A stretch of 64,000 bases of DNA from assembly GCA_905331295.1 (NCBI GenBank), contig CAJNYD010000012.1, forward strand, positions 496,001-560,000, written 5' to 3'. The first letter of the stretch is position 1; each line of letters opens with the position of its first letter. The notes beneath the pieces are model-generated. The model was not told where the DNA came from. It saw nothing but the letters and a program-made list of their open reading frames with translations, and searched no databases. This document shows, one piece after another, positions 25,801-39,144 of this stretch. A program made the position numbers and the translations under genes. This DNA is from Rotaria socialis. Taxonomy: Eukaryota.

Positions 25801-28800
25801 AACAACTACTATTAACTTGAAAATCGTAACTATCTATTTTTATCTTATCTCAGCTAAAGATGAGACGATTTTTTATTTTTCCGCTTGAATACTTCGGTTT
25901 TCATCTCTCGCATTATAAACCATTGAATGTTTCTTAACGCATACAAAACAATTGTTGTACAATCACTCGCTCTCGTTATGACTAGCATATATCTAAGTGA
26001 GGGGTGAAAGAAAAGAAGGCAATGTACTCTATGTTAAATACGCTATTAAACAGTAGATCAAAGCTACGAGTGGTGAAGAAAAAAAAGACAGTAAAGCACA
26101 ACCAAGCGTATCAGAAATTGAAACCTTTGAGATATATTCAAGCTTCTTTTTTTCTAGGACTCTTCAGTTTCAATGTTGTAATAATAGCGTTCTTTCTCTA
26201 GTGCTTTTCTTTCGTGCAAATTATCTTCGATATTTGAAAAAGAATCGTAGAGATACTAAAATTAGTAAATCAATAAAATCATAGCATAGATTTTCTTCTA
26301 AAAGTTAGATTTTATTAGTTTTTTAAAACTTGAATATCAAGTATCTTTCAATCAAGTTTTTCTGGTTCGATTTGGAACTGTTTTTTCATCTTGAAACTTT
26401 TTTTTATTAAACTTCGAGAGAGAAGCGGTTTCTTATTCAAACTAAAAAATTTTATAACATAAGAATTAATTTAAAACTGTAAAAAGCAAACGTTCCAAAC
26501 TTATCTTTGACTAAACAGTTTTATGCTAAAGCTAAAAAGCAGAAAGTTAGATGAATTGACATAAAACCATCCAGATCATTCGAATGAAACATGGAGCTAT
26601 AAGGACTAAGATTACATATTGATTGAGCTACTAGAAAGTCAACTTGGAAAAACAAACTGGAGAAAACTGTTTTGATTTTTAATTAATCAGACTATTTAAT
26701 ATAATATATTAATTTTGTGAGCTTCTTTAGAGAACGAATGAGAAAGCATATCTAAATAAACTATACAACGAAGTCATGAAATGGCTGAACTTTCATCTTA
26801 ACTAAATTGTAATGTATGTAAAAGAAACTTCACTAAATGAAGCTCAAAACTAAGAATTTACGATAACATACATTTGTTTTTCACGCTTGTTTAATCCTAA
26901 AACAATACTTATTGTAAAGACTGTACACATTGAAAATAATCAAAACCTAACCAAACTTCTCTGATGATAATTACTGTAAATTAATTTTTGCATTTCTACA
27001 GATTAAATAAATACATAATCTTCCCATTGATATTGCATGCACAATTTTAATGATTTTTTTTAACCTATCATTTTTTTAATTCAAGGTTAATATACCGTGT
27101 TATATATATCTTATCATAAAAGGACTTCCCTTACGTTAGACATAAACTACTATATTTTCATTTTGCTTGGTTCGCAACATGATAAACTTGTATTGTCTAT
27201 CTGTCAATACGAGTGATACTCAGTTTCATTTTAGCGAATCATTTTCATACAAAAGAAAAAAGCGTAAGCATTTTCTATGTAACTATTAGTGTACTTTATA
27301 GGTTTGTTGTGACCCGTTTGTTCGTTTTGCTTTTATACTGCAAGTATAAGGTCATCCTAACAGTAAGCTTGTGAAAACCAGATAATAGAAGCCAGAAAAG
27401 CATCTCAGATGACTTTAGAACGAATTATGAACCACTAGTGGCGTCAAGAAAAGAAGAAGGAGTAGTATTACTGAGTACTTGAAAAAAAAAACCAAAATTT
27501 CTACTCTAATCGTTTATAAAGTTCTTCTTTCCTACGTATCTTATTTTACCGATCGCTATTCATATTGTTTGACACAACTACGTACTTACATTTGACACTC
27601 TTCTACTAAAGAATGACTAACACTTGTTTACTCTTCTATTCATAGTATGATGTGACTTAGTATCAGGATAAGATTTTTTACATATGAAAAATTAATGTGC
27701 AGATAAAATTGATCTCTTTTTCAACTTGATACATGCGATTTCTGTAAAGTATCATCAAGACTATATATCACAAGTTCGACTCATTGGATTATTTAGGAAA
27801 ACACAATTGTAAAATATGGAGTTACAATAATAAATATTATATGCAGATGCTATTGATGTTTAATGCCATTTTCTTTTTTTACGGTTGAGTTTTCTATGTA
27901 ATATGCGTAACCAAAAATCATATCACTTTATTTATTTTGTAGTTTTATTTATTCTTTTGAAAAACTAGCTTTTTTAAATGCTTGCAAAATCAAGTAATTT
28001 AAGAAGTAAATAGTGATGATCATGTTTCTTTTAACAGAAATTATTATTGATACTTAAAGTACTCTTGTTTCTTTTTAGACTTCAATATTTGTTTATGATA
28101 TTGTCAGTCATTGTTCTTTAATTTGTATCATTGTCTCGATCATGATTCTATTTATTAGAGAACGTTATTACTGAAAATATTTGGTTGCTATCATATAATG
28201 CTTTATATTTCTTCTGTCCTATGCAAGAATCTTTACAAACATAATTTTGTCAAAAAGTTCTTGCAAGTTGAAAATTCCAACCATGAAAAAGACACTTCTT
28301 AAATTATTTTATTTAGAATTTTGAACATTTGCGTCATCTTTGTTAAAAACGAAGTTTCATAATTGAAGTAGATTTCAGCCTTATGATTTCAATTCGTCAT
28401 AGTGATTCTGAATTTTTTTTTTTCTTCGGTTTAGTTAGATCACTCATATCGCATAGCAGAGTTCATGATGAAAAGATTTGAATCACTAAAACTATCAAAG
28501 AACAATTCTAGAAAAGTATTCTAATAAAGTCATAAATTAACTGATCCTAGTTCAATGCATATAACAAAAACAAGAACTCTACTATAAACAGTACTTGAAG
28601 TGTTTTTGGTTTTAATTGAAGCTTATGGTAATGTTTATAAGTTATGAATAAAAAATTTGATCTTCCACAATTTTGCGTAATGCGTTATTTAATGAATTAA
28701 AAAGTTTCAGAAATTTTGATTCATCAAATTTATTATTTTCAGATTAGAAATAAGTGCAAAACTAATGTTAGTATTTTTACTCGATAATAGTAGTATGCAA

Positions 28801-29790
28801 CAAAAGAAAGAAAAAAAGAATCTTTGTAACCCTGAAACAAAGCAAAGCAGTGATACTTTCAGTCTACTTATTCTTGGTGTAATCTGTCAATCGAAATAGC
28901 ACAACATATTGAATCGTTTTTATACAGGAATGCCACAGAAGAAAAGAAGTAGCGGGCAGAGTAAACAAATTTGTTTTTTTCATGTTACGACTTTTTTTTC
29001 TATAAACAGTATGTTTTTTGCTGAAAAATAACAGAAAATCTCCTAAACTGGTTAGGAGATATGTATTTCTCTATAACCCATGAGTAGTAAACGCTTCTTT
29101 TTATTTTATTTTAGTCATTACATTATTTAGTGATTAGGAAGCGTAACATTAATGCTCTCACATGTATCAATGTTTCTAACTATATTTTGCACGTAGAAAG
29201 CGAAAGAGACAAAAAAATGTGAAGGACAAGAAAGAAAAAACTAACAAGCTTGACTTGTAACCATTCGCTCTAGGAATGCAGTTAATAATGATGATTAGTT
29301 TTAACGAAGGCATTGCCAGTTAGTGTAAAAGATACAGAGTGATAAAACGTAAGTCTTTAACTCATTTTTCAGTTGTCACGATGTAAAAAAAATCATGTAT
29401 ATTTGAAAATTCTAACTCTGTTTTACAATTCTGAATTAGATGATATAGTAGAGATACAACAACTACCTAGATTAGGAGTAGAATTTATTGTACGCCTTAA
29501 ATATTTGAGTCTTTCCTTATGTTGAGAGTTTTGAATTTTATTTTTTTGCGCCTCTCCGCCTAATTTAGATGTAGGACAAGAGCTTATTCTAGAAACTTAC
29601 AGTTCATCCGTGTTATGAAGCAGAAAAATATACAGACTACAGTAATTTTATAAAAAGAATTCTTGGCTTTCAACTGATTTTCCTGGTACACATAATACAA
29701 CTATTAAACAAAACGTATTGATGAGTTGATTAGAGTAAAGTGTAAAAATTCCTAATCTTTATACACATTTTTTTTAAATGATGCTTTTAA

Positions 29791-29849
29791 ATTATCATTA
29801 TTTTTCTCATTATCATTATTTTTCTCATTATCATTATTTTTCTCATTAT
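29791..29849. repeat. 18-bp tandem repeat, ~3.3 copies
   Basis: Unit ATTATCATTATTTTTCTC repeated exactly. Confidence 0.85.
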
Positions 29850-31936
29850 AATAAGAGAAAATTATTATCTTCGTAATGAATAGTGTGTACTCTATCGACC
29901 ACTAACATCATTTAGTAGAATCTAGATTTAGAAGGAACTTCTTCATGATATGATACTTACATATTTTGATACAATAAAATTATCAAGTTTGATTTGTAAT
30001 TTTTCTATCTGACAGCTGAAGGTTCTTCGTTTTCATTTTAATTGCTGGAAAATCAAGTTTAAAGTAGTTTATCAGCAAAATAATTGCTACAATCTTCAGC
30101 GTACTATTCTACGTACCGTTACAGTCATGCATATTATGCCATATTAAATAAAAAGTATATGATCATAGTTATTTTCTAAGTCATTTTCTCATTCTTAGTA
30201 CAGGTCAAGTTGACTTACAGCAAAAATAGTGAAAACTAGAATAGAGTTTTAATAGAATATATCATATTTTAAACGAAGACTTATTTCATTAAGAGAAAAT
30301 TAAATTCAAATAAGATCGTCAGTTTCAAAGTATTAAGTAGAATAATAAAATATTAACATATTTTTTTTTATATCAATACAAATAGTCACAGAAAAATATT
30401 GTCGGATAATCTAAATAGTCATCTTTTGAGAAGCTTTTCCAATTGTTAATAAACTTTCAGAAGTCATAATGTTCAATGAAATAATTTCTAATAATAATAT
30501 CCAGAAATTCAACATAAAAATTCTATAAATTTATTATAACTTAGATAAGAAGAAAAGTGCATACTCGGAGTTTACTATTGAGATTTGTGAAGTATTGCAA
30601 ATGGATCCTGTCATAGTAAAAGACTATATTTCAAAGAGAAAATTTAGATATTTAAAAAGAATGTAGAAACTAGCTGCGGACAACAATGATTTGTTCATTC
30701 TGATAGGAGATTTCATCAGATGAATAGTAATCGATGATGAAATGTATATGGTATTTCTTTAAGGCAATCTTTTACAACATATTCATTATGAAAAATTATT
30801 TATTCCAACACTAACTTATTGGCATTGGTCACATGAATAGTTTAGCGTTTATATAGTACGACCTTATTTATTTCAAATTCTTCGAATACGTGTTAGATGG
30901 GTGAAAATGTTTTTGAGATCATAAATTATAGTTAAAAGGTTGTCAATCCATATGTTTTTCACAGGAAACGAGTATTTTCTTATATGCTTTGTAATCAGAA
31001 AATTCAAAAAATAACTATATTCTTAGTAAAAGCAAAAATCTGGTGTCTCTATGAGAAAAAGTCTACGTTTCGTAAGTTTATTTTAGCGATAAACCTTGTA
31101 GATATTGTACATTACAATCTATTTGCACAATATGAAAAGAAAAGAAAAATGTTTCTTAAAATTATAGGGCATTTAAAATATTTCTCATTGTCACGCTTAC
31201 ATATAAGGCAATGGAACATGCATATATATATGCATTTTTGAAGTACATGTTTGGAAATTGAATTTAGCACATTTTGAAACATAACGTCCGACATTGTATA
31301 AAGGCTTTTGATTCTTCTAAATAGTTGCACGTAGCACTGTTTTATCGTTTTGAAACAAATATGACACGTACGTGTTGTCACCCAAATATAAATAGCACGC
31401 ATTTGTGAGATAAGTAGAATTTTATTGAGTTCTGTAAGTGAATTCGAAAAAGTCTTGTGTAAGAAAGTTATTATCAACGTGATTCTGCAGTGTATTTACA
31501 TGTTTTTGAGTGTATAATTTTAAGTTTCTTCATCCATATCTATTTTGTATTTATCCTCCGAATAAAATCATTTTAATCCATGTATATGTTATCGTCTCAA
31601 AAGTCTTGTAATATATATTTCGATTTTGCCTGAACTTATTAATACTAATGCTAAAGCGTGTCTTATACAGATAGGCAGCTGTATCAATAAGTGAAAATAT
31701 GCGCTCGTTACGCTGAAAAATTTTCAAAATGCAATTTTTTGGTAATTCTTAAACCAAGTTTGCAGAGCTGATGGAAGTCAGATTCTCTACTATTTCAAAA
31801 AAAAATAGTTTTATGAAAACGCAAAAAGTGATGATCTTTACACTCAGCAAGCTACCTTTTGTATAGGTATTTACTGACTAGATGACTAGTGATTATCAGG
31901 TGGTTAATATTTCTTTCTACCTCTATTGCACTTGTA

Positions 31937-32302
31937 CCCAAGCAGACAAACTTTTGTGAAAATGTGTTTAAGCACTCAACCGGGAACCGCGATTGTGAGT
32001 CATTAACACTCAATAACAAAATGCAAGAAACGCGTTTTTTATGCAGAATTCACACTTTCAGAGCGTGAAAACGAGTAAAAACTCCAATCCACAGCGTTTA
32101 AACGCACAATTATTCTATAACTTAAAAACTAATTCGTTTAAACGCTGAGAATTGGAGTCTTTACCCGTTTTCACGCTCTGAAAGTGGGAATTCTGCGTGT
32201 AAAACGCGTTTCTTTCGTTTCTTTACTGAGCGTTAATGACTCGCAGTCGCGGTTCCCGATTGAGTGTTTAATCGCGTTTTCCCAAAAGTTTGTCTGGTTG
32301 GG
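31937..32302. mobile_element. Foldback MITE (366 bp) with CCC...GGG termini and TA flanks
   Basis: Arms 31937-32104 and 32135-32302 are imperfect reverse complements (CCCAAGCAGACAAACTTTTG / CAAAAGTTTGTCTGGTTGGG) around a 30-bp spacer. TA on both sides. Confidence 0.88.
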
Positions 32303-34352
32303 TAGTGTTCGCAGATGATTGAATAGCGAGGAAATGTGTCTGAATAATAAAAGCATGTATTTTTGAATATGATTGTTTACGACATTAATACTCATGCAAC
32401 TACATGAATGTGCACGACTTACGCAATGATTTTTGACTGCTAAAATTTCTTGCATCTTCGTGAGTGGGCTCTCTAATAAACACTTTTGTTCTCCCCATAC
32501 AACAAAAATAAGAGGGGTGTATAGAGGTAATATTTCATGCGTGCTAATGTAAATATGATTGATTCTGTAACGTGCTCCCATACTTGCCAAGCCATAATCA
32601 TTCATGCATCAGCACTTATTTGATAAGGCTAATCATTTGAATGAAATGCGTCACGTTTTCCTTTATTGATTTTGCGTAGGCTGATGAGACATATAAACTA
32701 TTTGGTTGTGTCATAGATGGAGCTTATTTAATTTTACTAGTCGACTTCTAATGAGTTTTTGGCATAGTTGAATTTCATTCTTGTCAAGGCTACTATTTGT
32801 GAGTAATAACATTGGTACTCATGATACTTTGCTATTTACCGTCTAATGGTTTTTTGTATACTAGTATGGATTTGTATTTTCAGATTTTTTGATAATTTAA
32901 ATTGATTCGATATATTGAATAAAAAAACCTTTTATGTGTATCATCCTACTCCTAATATAATCCAAATATTAGTTTGATAAATTGATCATGCTGAGAAAAG
33001 TAAAGTCGATAAAAGTGTCCTTCTAAATATTTTTTATAAGATAAGTCGCCTTATAAAATTTTTTCTTGCTCGCAATCACAGTCGTTTTTGAAATGTAGGT
33101 TGGTGTTTTTTTACAATATCAAAAAGTTATCTAATGAGGGATACGGATAGAGATTAATAATTAGATAACAACATTTCTAAACTATTCAATTTCATTGAAA
33201 AACAATTGAATTTTATTAACAAAAATAAAAGAATAATTTCAGAATATTTTCTAGTAAAACTCCTCGGTGCGTCAACGTATACATGCTACTAAAAATATTT
33301 TAGTTCATGAGCATAATACAAACTCTAGCAAATATGAGTAGACTAATGCAAGAGCGTGTCTAACTATCTCCATGAAATCATTTTGAAAAATATATTTCTT
33401 CTTATGTCAATAACTCGATGATAGAAATAATCACGTTTGTATTAACTATCCAACTTCATGTTTGCCAATCAACAAACATGATCTATTAGCTTTTTTAAAT
33501 TTATTTTAAAGAATTCTTCTATCAACTAAATCTTATAATACATCTAAGGATATGCAGATCATTCTAGTACATACTACACAGTAAAATCTATGATAGGAAG
33601 TCCAACAATGTTAGAAAAGATATATCGTAGTTAGACACATAAATGTGTCCCTTTTACTTGATTAGAATTTGAACATTTTGTTTTAAGTGAATCGATATAT
33701 AATACTTGTATTTCGAATTTTCATGTGCAACTTTCGGCAAAGAAATTATTACAAATAAGTGAATCTTGCAGTAATAAAATATGTTTTAAAGAATGAGTTC
33801 TCTAACGCCTTGCTTATATTTTCTCTGTGGAATAAATACGGAGAGAAACGGTTTTTAACAATATTTCTTACATATAAAAAAGTATGTGAATTCAAAGAAA
33901 CTATGCTTGCACGCAGGATTGTTTCAGTTTATTTTCATGATAAACTCAACTTAGAATTTCGGAAAGTGTTTTTTTTCTTTGATTGTTCGCTGAGTTTGCC
34001 CTGTTTTGATCAACTTATCGATGAAAAACAAGATGCTGTTCTCGCAACATACAAGAAAAAACATAAACCACTTGAAAAAAAATCTTGCAACAGAAACTTT
34101 AGAAAAAGACTAAAACATATAAATTGCCTATTAGTCTTGTCTTCATTGAGATTTACAACAATTTCCTAATATACAGGTTTTATTTCTTTATGAATCGCTT
34201 TTCTAGATTTTGCCAGAATACTATTTTGTCAGTCTACTTTATAGATGTTAATAATTAAATTGGAATTTACTGTTAGATAAAGAGAAGCGTTTTTACATTT
34301 TGATAACGTCTTCAATCCATATAGAAACTGTTTTCAGATTTCTTCATAACAA

Positions 34353-37300
34353 ATGACATGCATCTCGGCCGATGCACCAACAGTTCGAGCAAGTACAGAC
34401 AACATGAAGAATTTTCTTAGTTTTGTCTATATGAATGAACCACTTCTTAAACAATATGGTGCAATCAAAATCGCAGTACCTACTGAATTTCAATCTGCCA
34501 AAAAAAAGAATCGAATAAAACTCATGACTCCTTCCATGACTCAACAGGTTATGCGATTAAATCAAAATGATTTTATCTATTCTGTTGATTCAGTGCCTTG
34601 TTTCAATGAGAAAGAACAACATCAACCATCACATTTAGATGAAGCAGGTTTTTGGTCATCATTATCTCATTTTAATTATCCACAGAAAATATCAAGTGTC
34701 TCCAAAATACCAGGGGCGAGTTTTTTTTTAAAACGTGTTCGCCGAACTGACTTGGATATTCATCAATTACCTCGTCGATCACTGCTCAGATTGTGTGATA
34801 AAAATATTCTTCGTCAATTTGTTCCATCTTTGATTCGAACACATGGGCCTGGTGCGATCTCACCGTTGGCCTCTGGTCGTCAACGTCTTCTCTCGTTTAA
34901 CTATCATCACGAAGGCGGTGTTCGTTATTGGTATATTGTGCCAGCAAATGAACGAAATGCTCTTGAACGCCTTTTTCATCATCAAAAGACTTCCGCTTGT
35001 CTTGAACATGGATGTATACTGATGGATCCTCTAATGTTCGACAAATATAAAATTCGCTATCATAGGCTAATTCAGCAACCTAATGAAATTATCATCATAG
35101 GAGCAGGTGCTCTATCTCAAAGTTTCACTGATGATGCAAGTTGGAGTGAAACAATCGATTTTGCACTGCCTAGCTGGCTCGATGATGGGCATGCACAGGC
35201 TCAAATAACATGTGATTGTCAATTAGACAAAACTTCAAAATCAGAAATAATCGATACTAAATTATTCAGTCGTGGAATCATACAACGATATATTAGCAGC
35301 AATTTAAATTATCTAACTGAAGAAACATCTTCATCTTATACAGGTTAGTTTATAATCTTATATATGTAGATGAATTTCTCATATGTTAATATAATTGTTT
35401 CAGATAAACCAAATCTGGCAATGAGTGATACAGCATTATTCTCTAATATTTCATCTGGATCTTTTGATTTATCATCGAATCAAGTAGCTGACTCTTGTAT
35501 GTGGAATAGCGCATTGGAAATCGAAGATATTGACGATGACAGGCATTTAAAGTTATTAAAAACAGCCGAGTAAGTATTTCTATTATCGATGAATTCAACT
35601 ATTACAGACTGTTTTATCGTGTTCGAGTACTTTACTGAACGAGATATTTTTACTTCATACTGAGAATACTATGATGATAAAAAAATTCATTTTGCTAACA
35701 GCATCGATCATTTTGTGTTAAAACCCCCCCCCCCCACCCTAATTTTCATTTTCGGTTCTGAACATGGAATCTTGCTGAAATTTTCATAGAAGACATGTCT
35801 ACTGTTAGGTATNTTTCATTGAGTGACAACCAATAAACAAGTTACGTAAATCCGTTTCTGTAACATCTATAGGTACTCCTTTGACCATAACATTCCATAC
35901 ATCAGCATTTCGATATATTCTAGAAAGTTGAAAATCTTCCTTCATAAATTCGACGTAGCAATTAGAACCAAAAACATGACTATTAATAGGTCGTCTTAGA
36001 TCATCACAAAGAAGACATGAGTTACGTATATTAGTATGGAAGGAAATGAATTCAATCATACCCAAACATTCAAAATAGTTCTGGATTTTCTCTGTTCTTG
36101 GTCAAATGCGATGATTATTGTCATCATGATTGTCAATTTATTGAATTTCATTGTATAAACCAATCAATCGTATCATTGTTGATTAAAGAAAAATCAATAT
36201 GAATTTTTATTCTTTCTATATTCTGATAAAAATATTTCTTTAATTTATATTTACTATATAGGGAAGTTTCATTGCACATAGCATCAAATGGTAGTAGTAG
36301 TAGTATTAGTAGTAGTAGTAGTGATATTACAGCACCACATATATATTCAACTTCGTTCGGATCAATCAATGATTTTTACGCACTCTCACCACCAAAAGAT
36401 TTCTATGAAGATATAATGGAAGCGAGCACAAGCGAACCTCGCTGTTTATCTCTTCAAGAAATTATAGATCTATTAGCTACCCCACCAAGTACTATTACGT
36501 CGACACAATGTCAAACTGAAGAACTTATTGATGACCACACAAATGTCATGGTACGTATATTGACTAATTATCAATTAAAAGTTGAGAATTTCTTAGAAAA
36601 ACAAAGCTTTATGAAAATATTCCTTATTTGAGTTTTAGAATATATTTTACTTCTTTCAGCAACTATGATTCGTTTAGATTTTAAAAATTTTCAATTATAA
36701 AATGTGTAAAATTATATTAGAGACTCTTGGAGTATTGATTTCTTTTTTTCAAACTTTGTTAACCCATATTTCAAATGAAAATAGATGATAAATTCACTGT
36801 ATGACAAAAAAAACTTTGGACTCTATGTATCACACAGGCTCGGTTATATTCTATAATCTTTTTTTAAAACAAAAAGTTCAAATCAATGGAATAGAATATC
36901 ATGTTTTTGTTGATTATATCAGTCTAGTGTAATCAAAGTAGGACATGGATATATGCGCTGAAAAGTCTAATATTCTTCTAAGTAAAAATATAGATATTTA
37001 TGAGATATACATCCACTTCAACGTCCACTTCGGCACAAATAAATAATTTTTACTTTCACTTGAGCGCATAGCTAAATTCTTTGTACCATTGCTTAAAACG
37101 CAAAATATTATCATTTATTATAATGAAAGTAGTTATATATCCGTTTCGTTGAAATTTCAGGATTTAGTTATATTCCAAGAATAGCTGTTATAAGCTTCAA
37201 TAGTCATTTATTTTTTAACTGCATATTTATGTATATTTTTTCATCGAAAATTTTAATTTGAAACTCATAATATATTTTCTATACAATATTCTTATTCAAA

Positions 37301-39144
37301 AAAGCAAATTTTAATAAACTAAATTAATTTGAACACGATAAATAATTTCTGTAGTTTTACAAAGACCTAAAATTCGTCAATACTAAGCCAATTCGAACTC
37401 TGGTGTTGACATTTGAGAACATAACCATGCTCCTTTTATTGGTTATCTCACAGTATAACTAATTTAGACAAGATAAAATGTTGTACGTATTAAGTCAAAT
37501 TCCGTTTTTTTTTCATTTAGAGTTCTCTATCATCATTGCATAGTAGTACTACAGTCAAAAGCATTGAAAATTCAAAAGCGTTTAAAAATAAACGCACGAA
37601 AAAAAACAGAAATTCCTACAAAACTTTAGTAATTCACAATATGAGAAATAACGTGACTTCAGGCGACATACGGCGTCATTTTGTCGGCTGTACGAAAGAC
37701 ACAATCAAACGTAGTTACATGTCGTCACATCTTAAGTATGTTAGTAGGGATTTTAATACTTTTTCGCAATCGATATTTTGTTTTTCTTTACAGCTACGCA
37801 TTTGTTCTGCATCGTAAACGCAGAGATGCTGAGTATAATCTAAGACGACCTATTAATAGTCATGTTTTTGGTTCTAATTGCTACGTCGAATTTATGAAGG
37901 AAGATTTTCAACTTTCTAGAATATATCGAAATGCTGATGTATGGAATGTTATGGTCAAAGGAGTACCTATAGATGTTACAGAAACGGATTTACGTAACTT
38001 GTTTATTGGTTGTCACTCAATGAAATTCATTCCAGCACGTATTGTTGACCAACGAAGACCACATTTAGCACCAAGAACTAAGCATAAAGTATTGTATGGG
38101 CAAGTATCACTTGTTTTTCATTATGCTAGGTCAATAGTTTGTTGATTTTTCTCCACGTCAAGTTTCGAATGTTCGCTCATTGTGCTTTCACTTATATCCA
38201 AAAGGAACAAATCAGAAAATAATTAAAATGAGCAATCGATTAGAATAAGGACTAAAAACGAAGTCTTCTTTGAAACAGATATTGTTTTGTGAGTATTAAT
38301 ATAGAAGTCTATTTTTTCATTATACTGATATAAATTCGCTTCGAAGTATCTATATAATTTATCATTTGATTGATACTTACAACTAAGACTGCTTATCTTT
38401 TATTCGATGGACTAAATAAGTCAAAAAGTAGATAATCAAGTGAAAGATAGATAGGTACTATCAGTTACCGATTAAGAATTTGAAACTGGCAACAAGAAGA
38501 GTCAAGCTTCTTTTCTATTATGACTCCATTATTCACATAAATACATACTGTGAATTTGACTGTCATGAATTGTAATTTAATTGATTAATTTAAAATTCAT
38601 GATATTTGATCGATGTAAAAAGGAACGTAGACATATTTATAAGTAAGTCTTCATATTAAGTCTTGATTCACTGATATAAAACTGCAAGAAATATATACGT
38701 ATATTTCAAGAAAATTTGAAATCGGAGCAATTTTATTAAAATTTTCTACAGAGGACACTGAAATTTGAAATTCTTCTTCAATAGAATGTATGAGACCCCT
38801 GTATATGTTAAAGTAAGATGAAATTGCTTTGAATCTTAATTTTATTATAAAATGATTTATTTTTACACTTATCTGATCTTTATCATATTTTTACAAAGAA
38901 ATATTTCATTATTGATACTGAGAAAGACTTACAAATATGCTAACCAATGTTTTGTTTTTGAATATATAGATATGCATTTCTGTATTATACAAGTATTGAA
39001 GAAGCTGTCAATGTGGTGAAAAATGCGGACAAATTTCAAATTTCAAATCAACCTCTTACAGTTACTTTCTATGATGCAATGAAATCATCATGGGCACAAA
39101 AGAAGATGGCCTATCTTTCTCAATCAGTGAAACATTCACAGTAA
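34353..39144 (+). CDS. JmjN/JmjC (KDM4/KDM5-like, degenerate) protein with two C-terminal RRM domains
   Basis: Exons 34353-35343, 35404-35569, 36262-36550, 37521-37735, 37794-38099, 38970-39144 join in frame. JmjN APTVRAS...F...YGAIKIAVP; JmjC SFNYHHEGGVRYWYIVP...QQPNEIII...ETIDFALPSW; RRM1 TLVIHNM...YAFVLH; RRM2 VMVKGVP...GYAFLYY. Confidence 0.78.
35814..36001 (-). repeat. 188-bp inverted copy of RRM exon sequence 37838-38025
   Basis: Reverse complement of 37838-38025 with no differences seen; bounded by an N at 35813. Confidence 0.9.

Noticed and set aside
29791..29849. Repeats as a CRISPR array
   Set aside because: Contiguous tandem units without spacers, in eukaryotic DNA.
32171..32605. 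144-aa minus-strand ORF
   Set aside because: Runs into the foldback MITE and has no motif or splice support.
33759..34169. 136-aa ORF upstream of the JmjC gene
   Set aside because: GTG start, composition of AT-rich noncoding DNA, and an in-frame stop just before ATG 34353 prevents fusion.
35724..35740. Poly-C run as a G-quadruplex element
   Set aside because: A single intronic homopolymer in a region of doubtful assembly; no other support.
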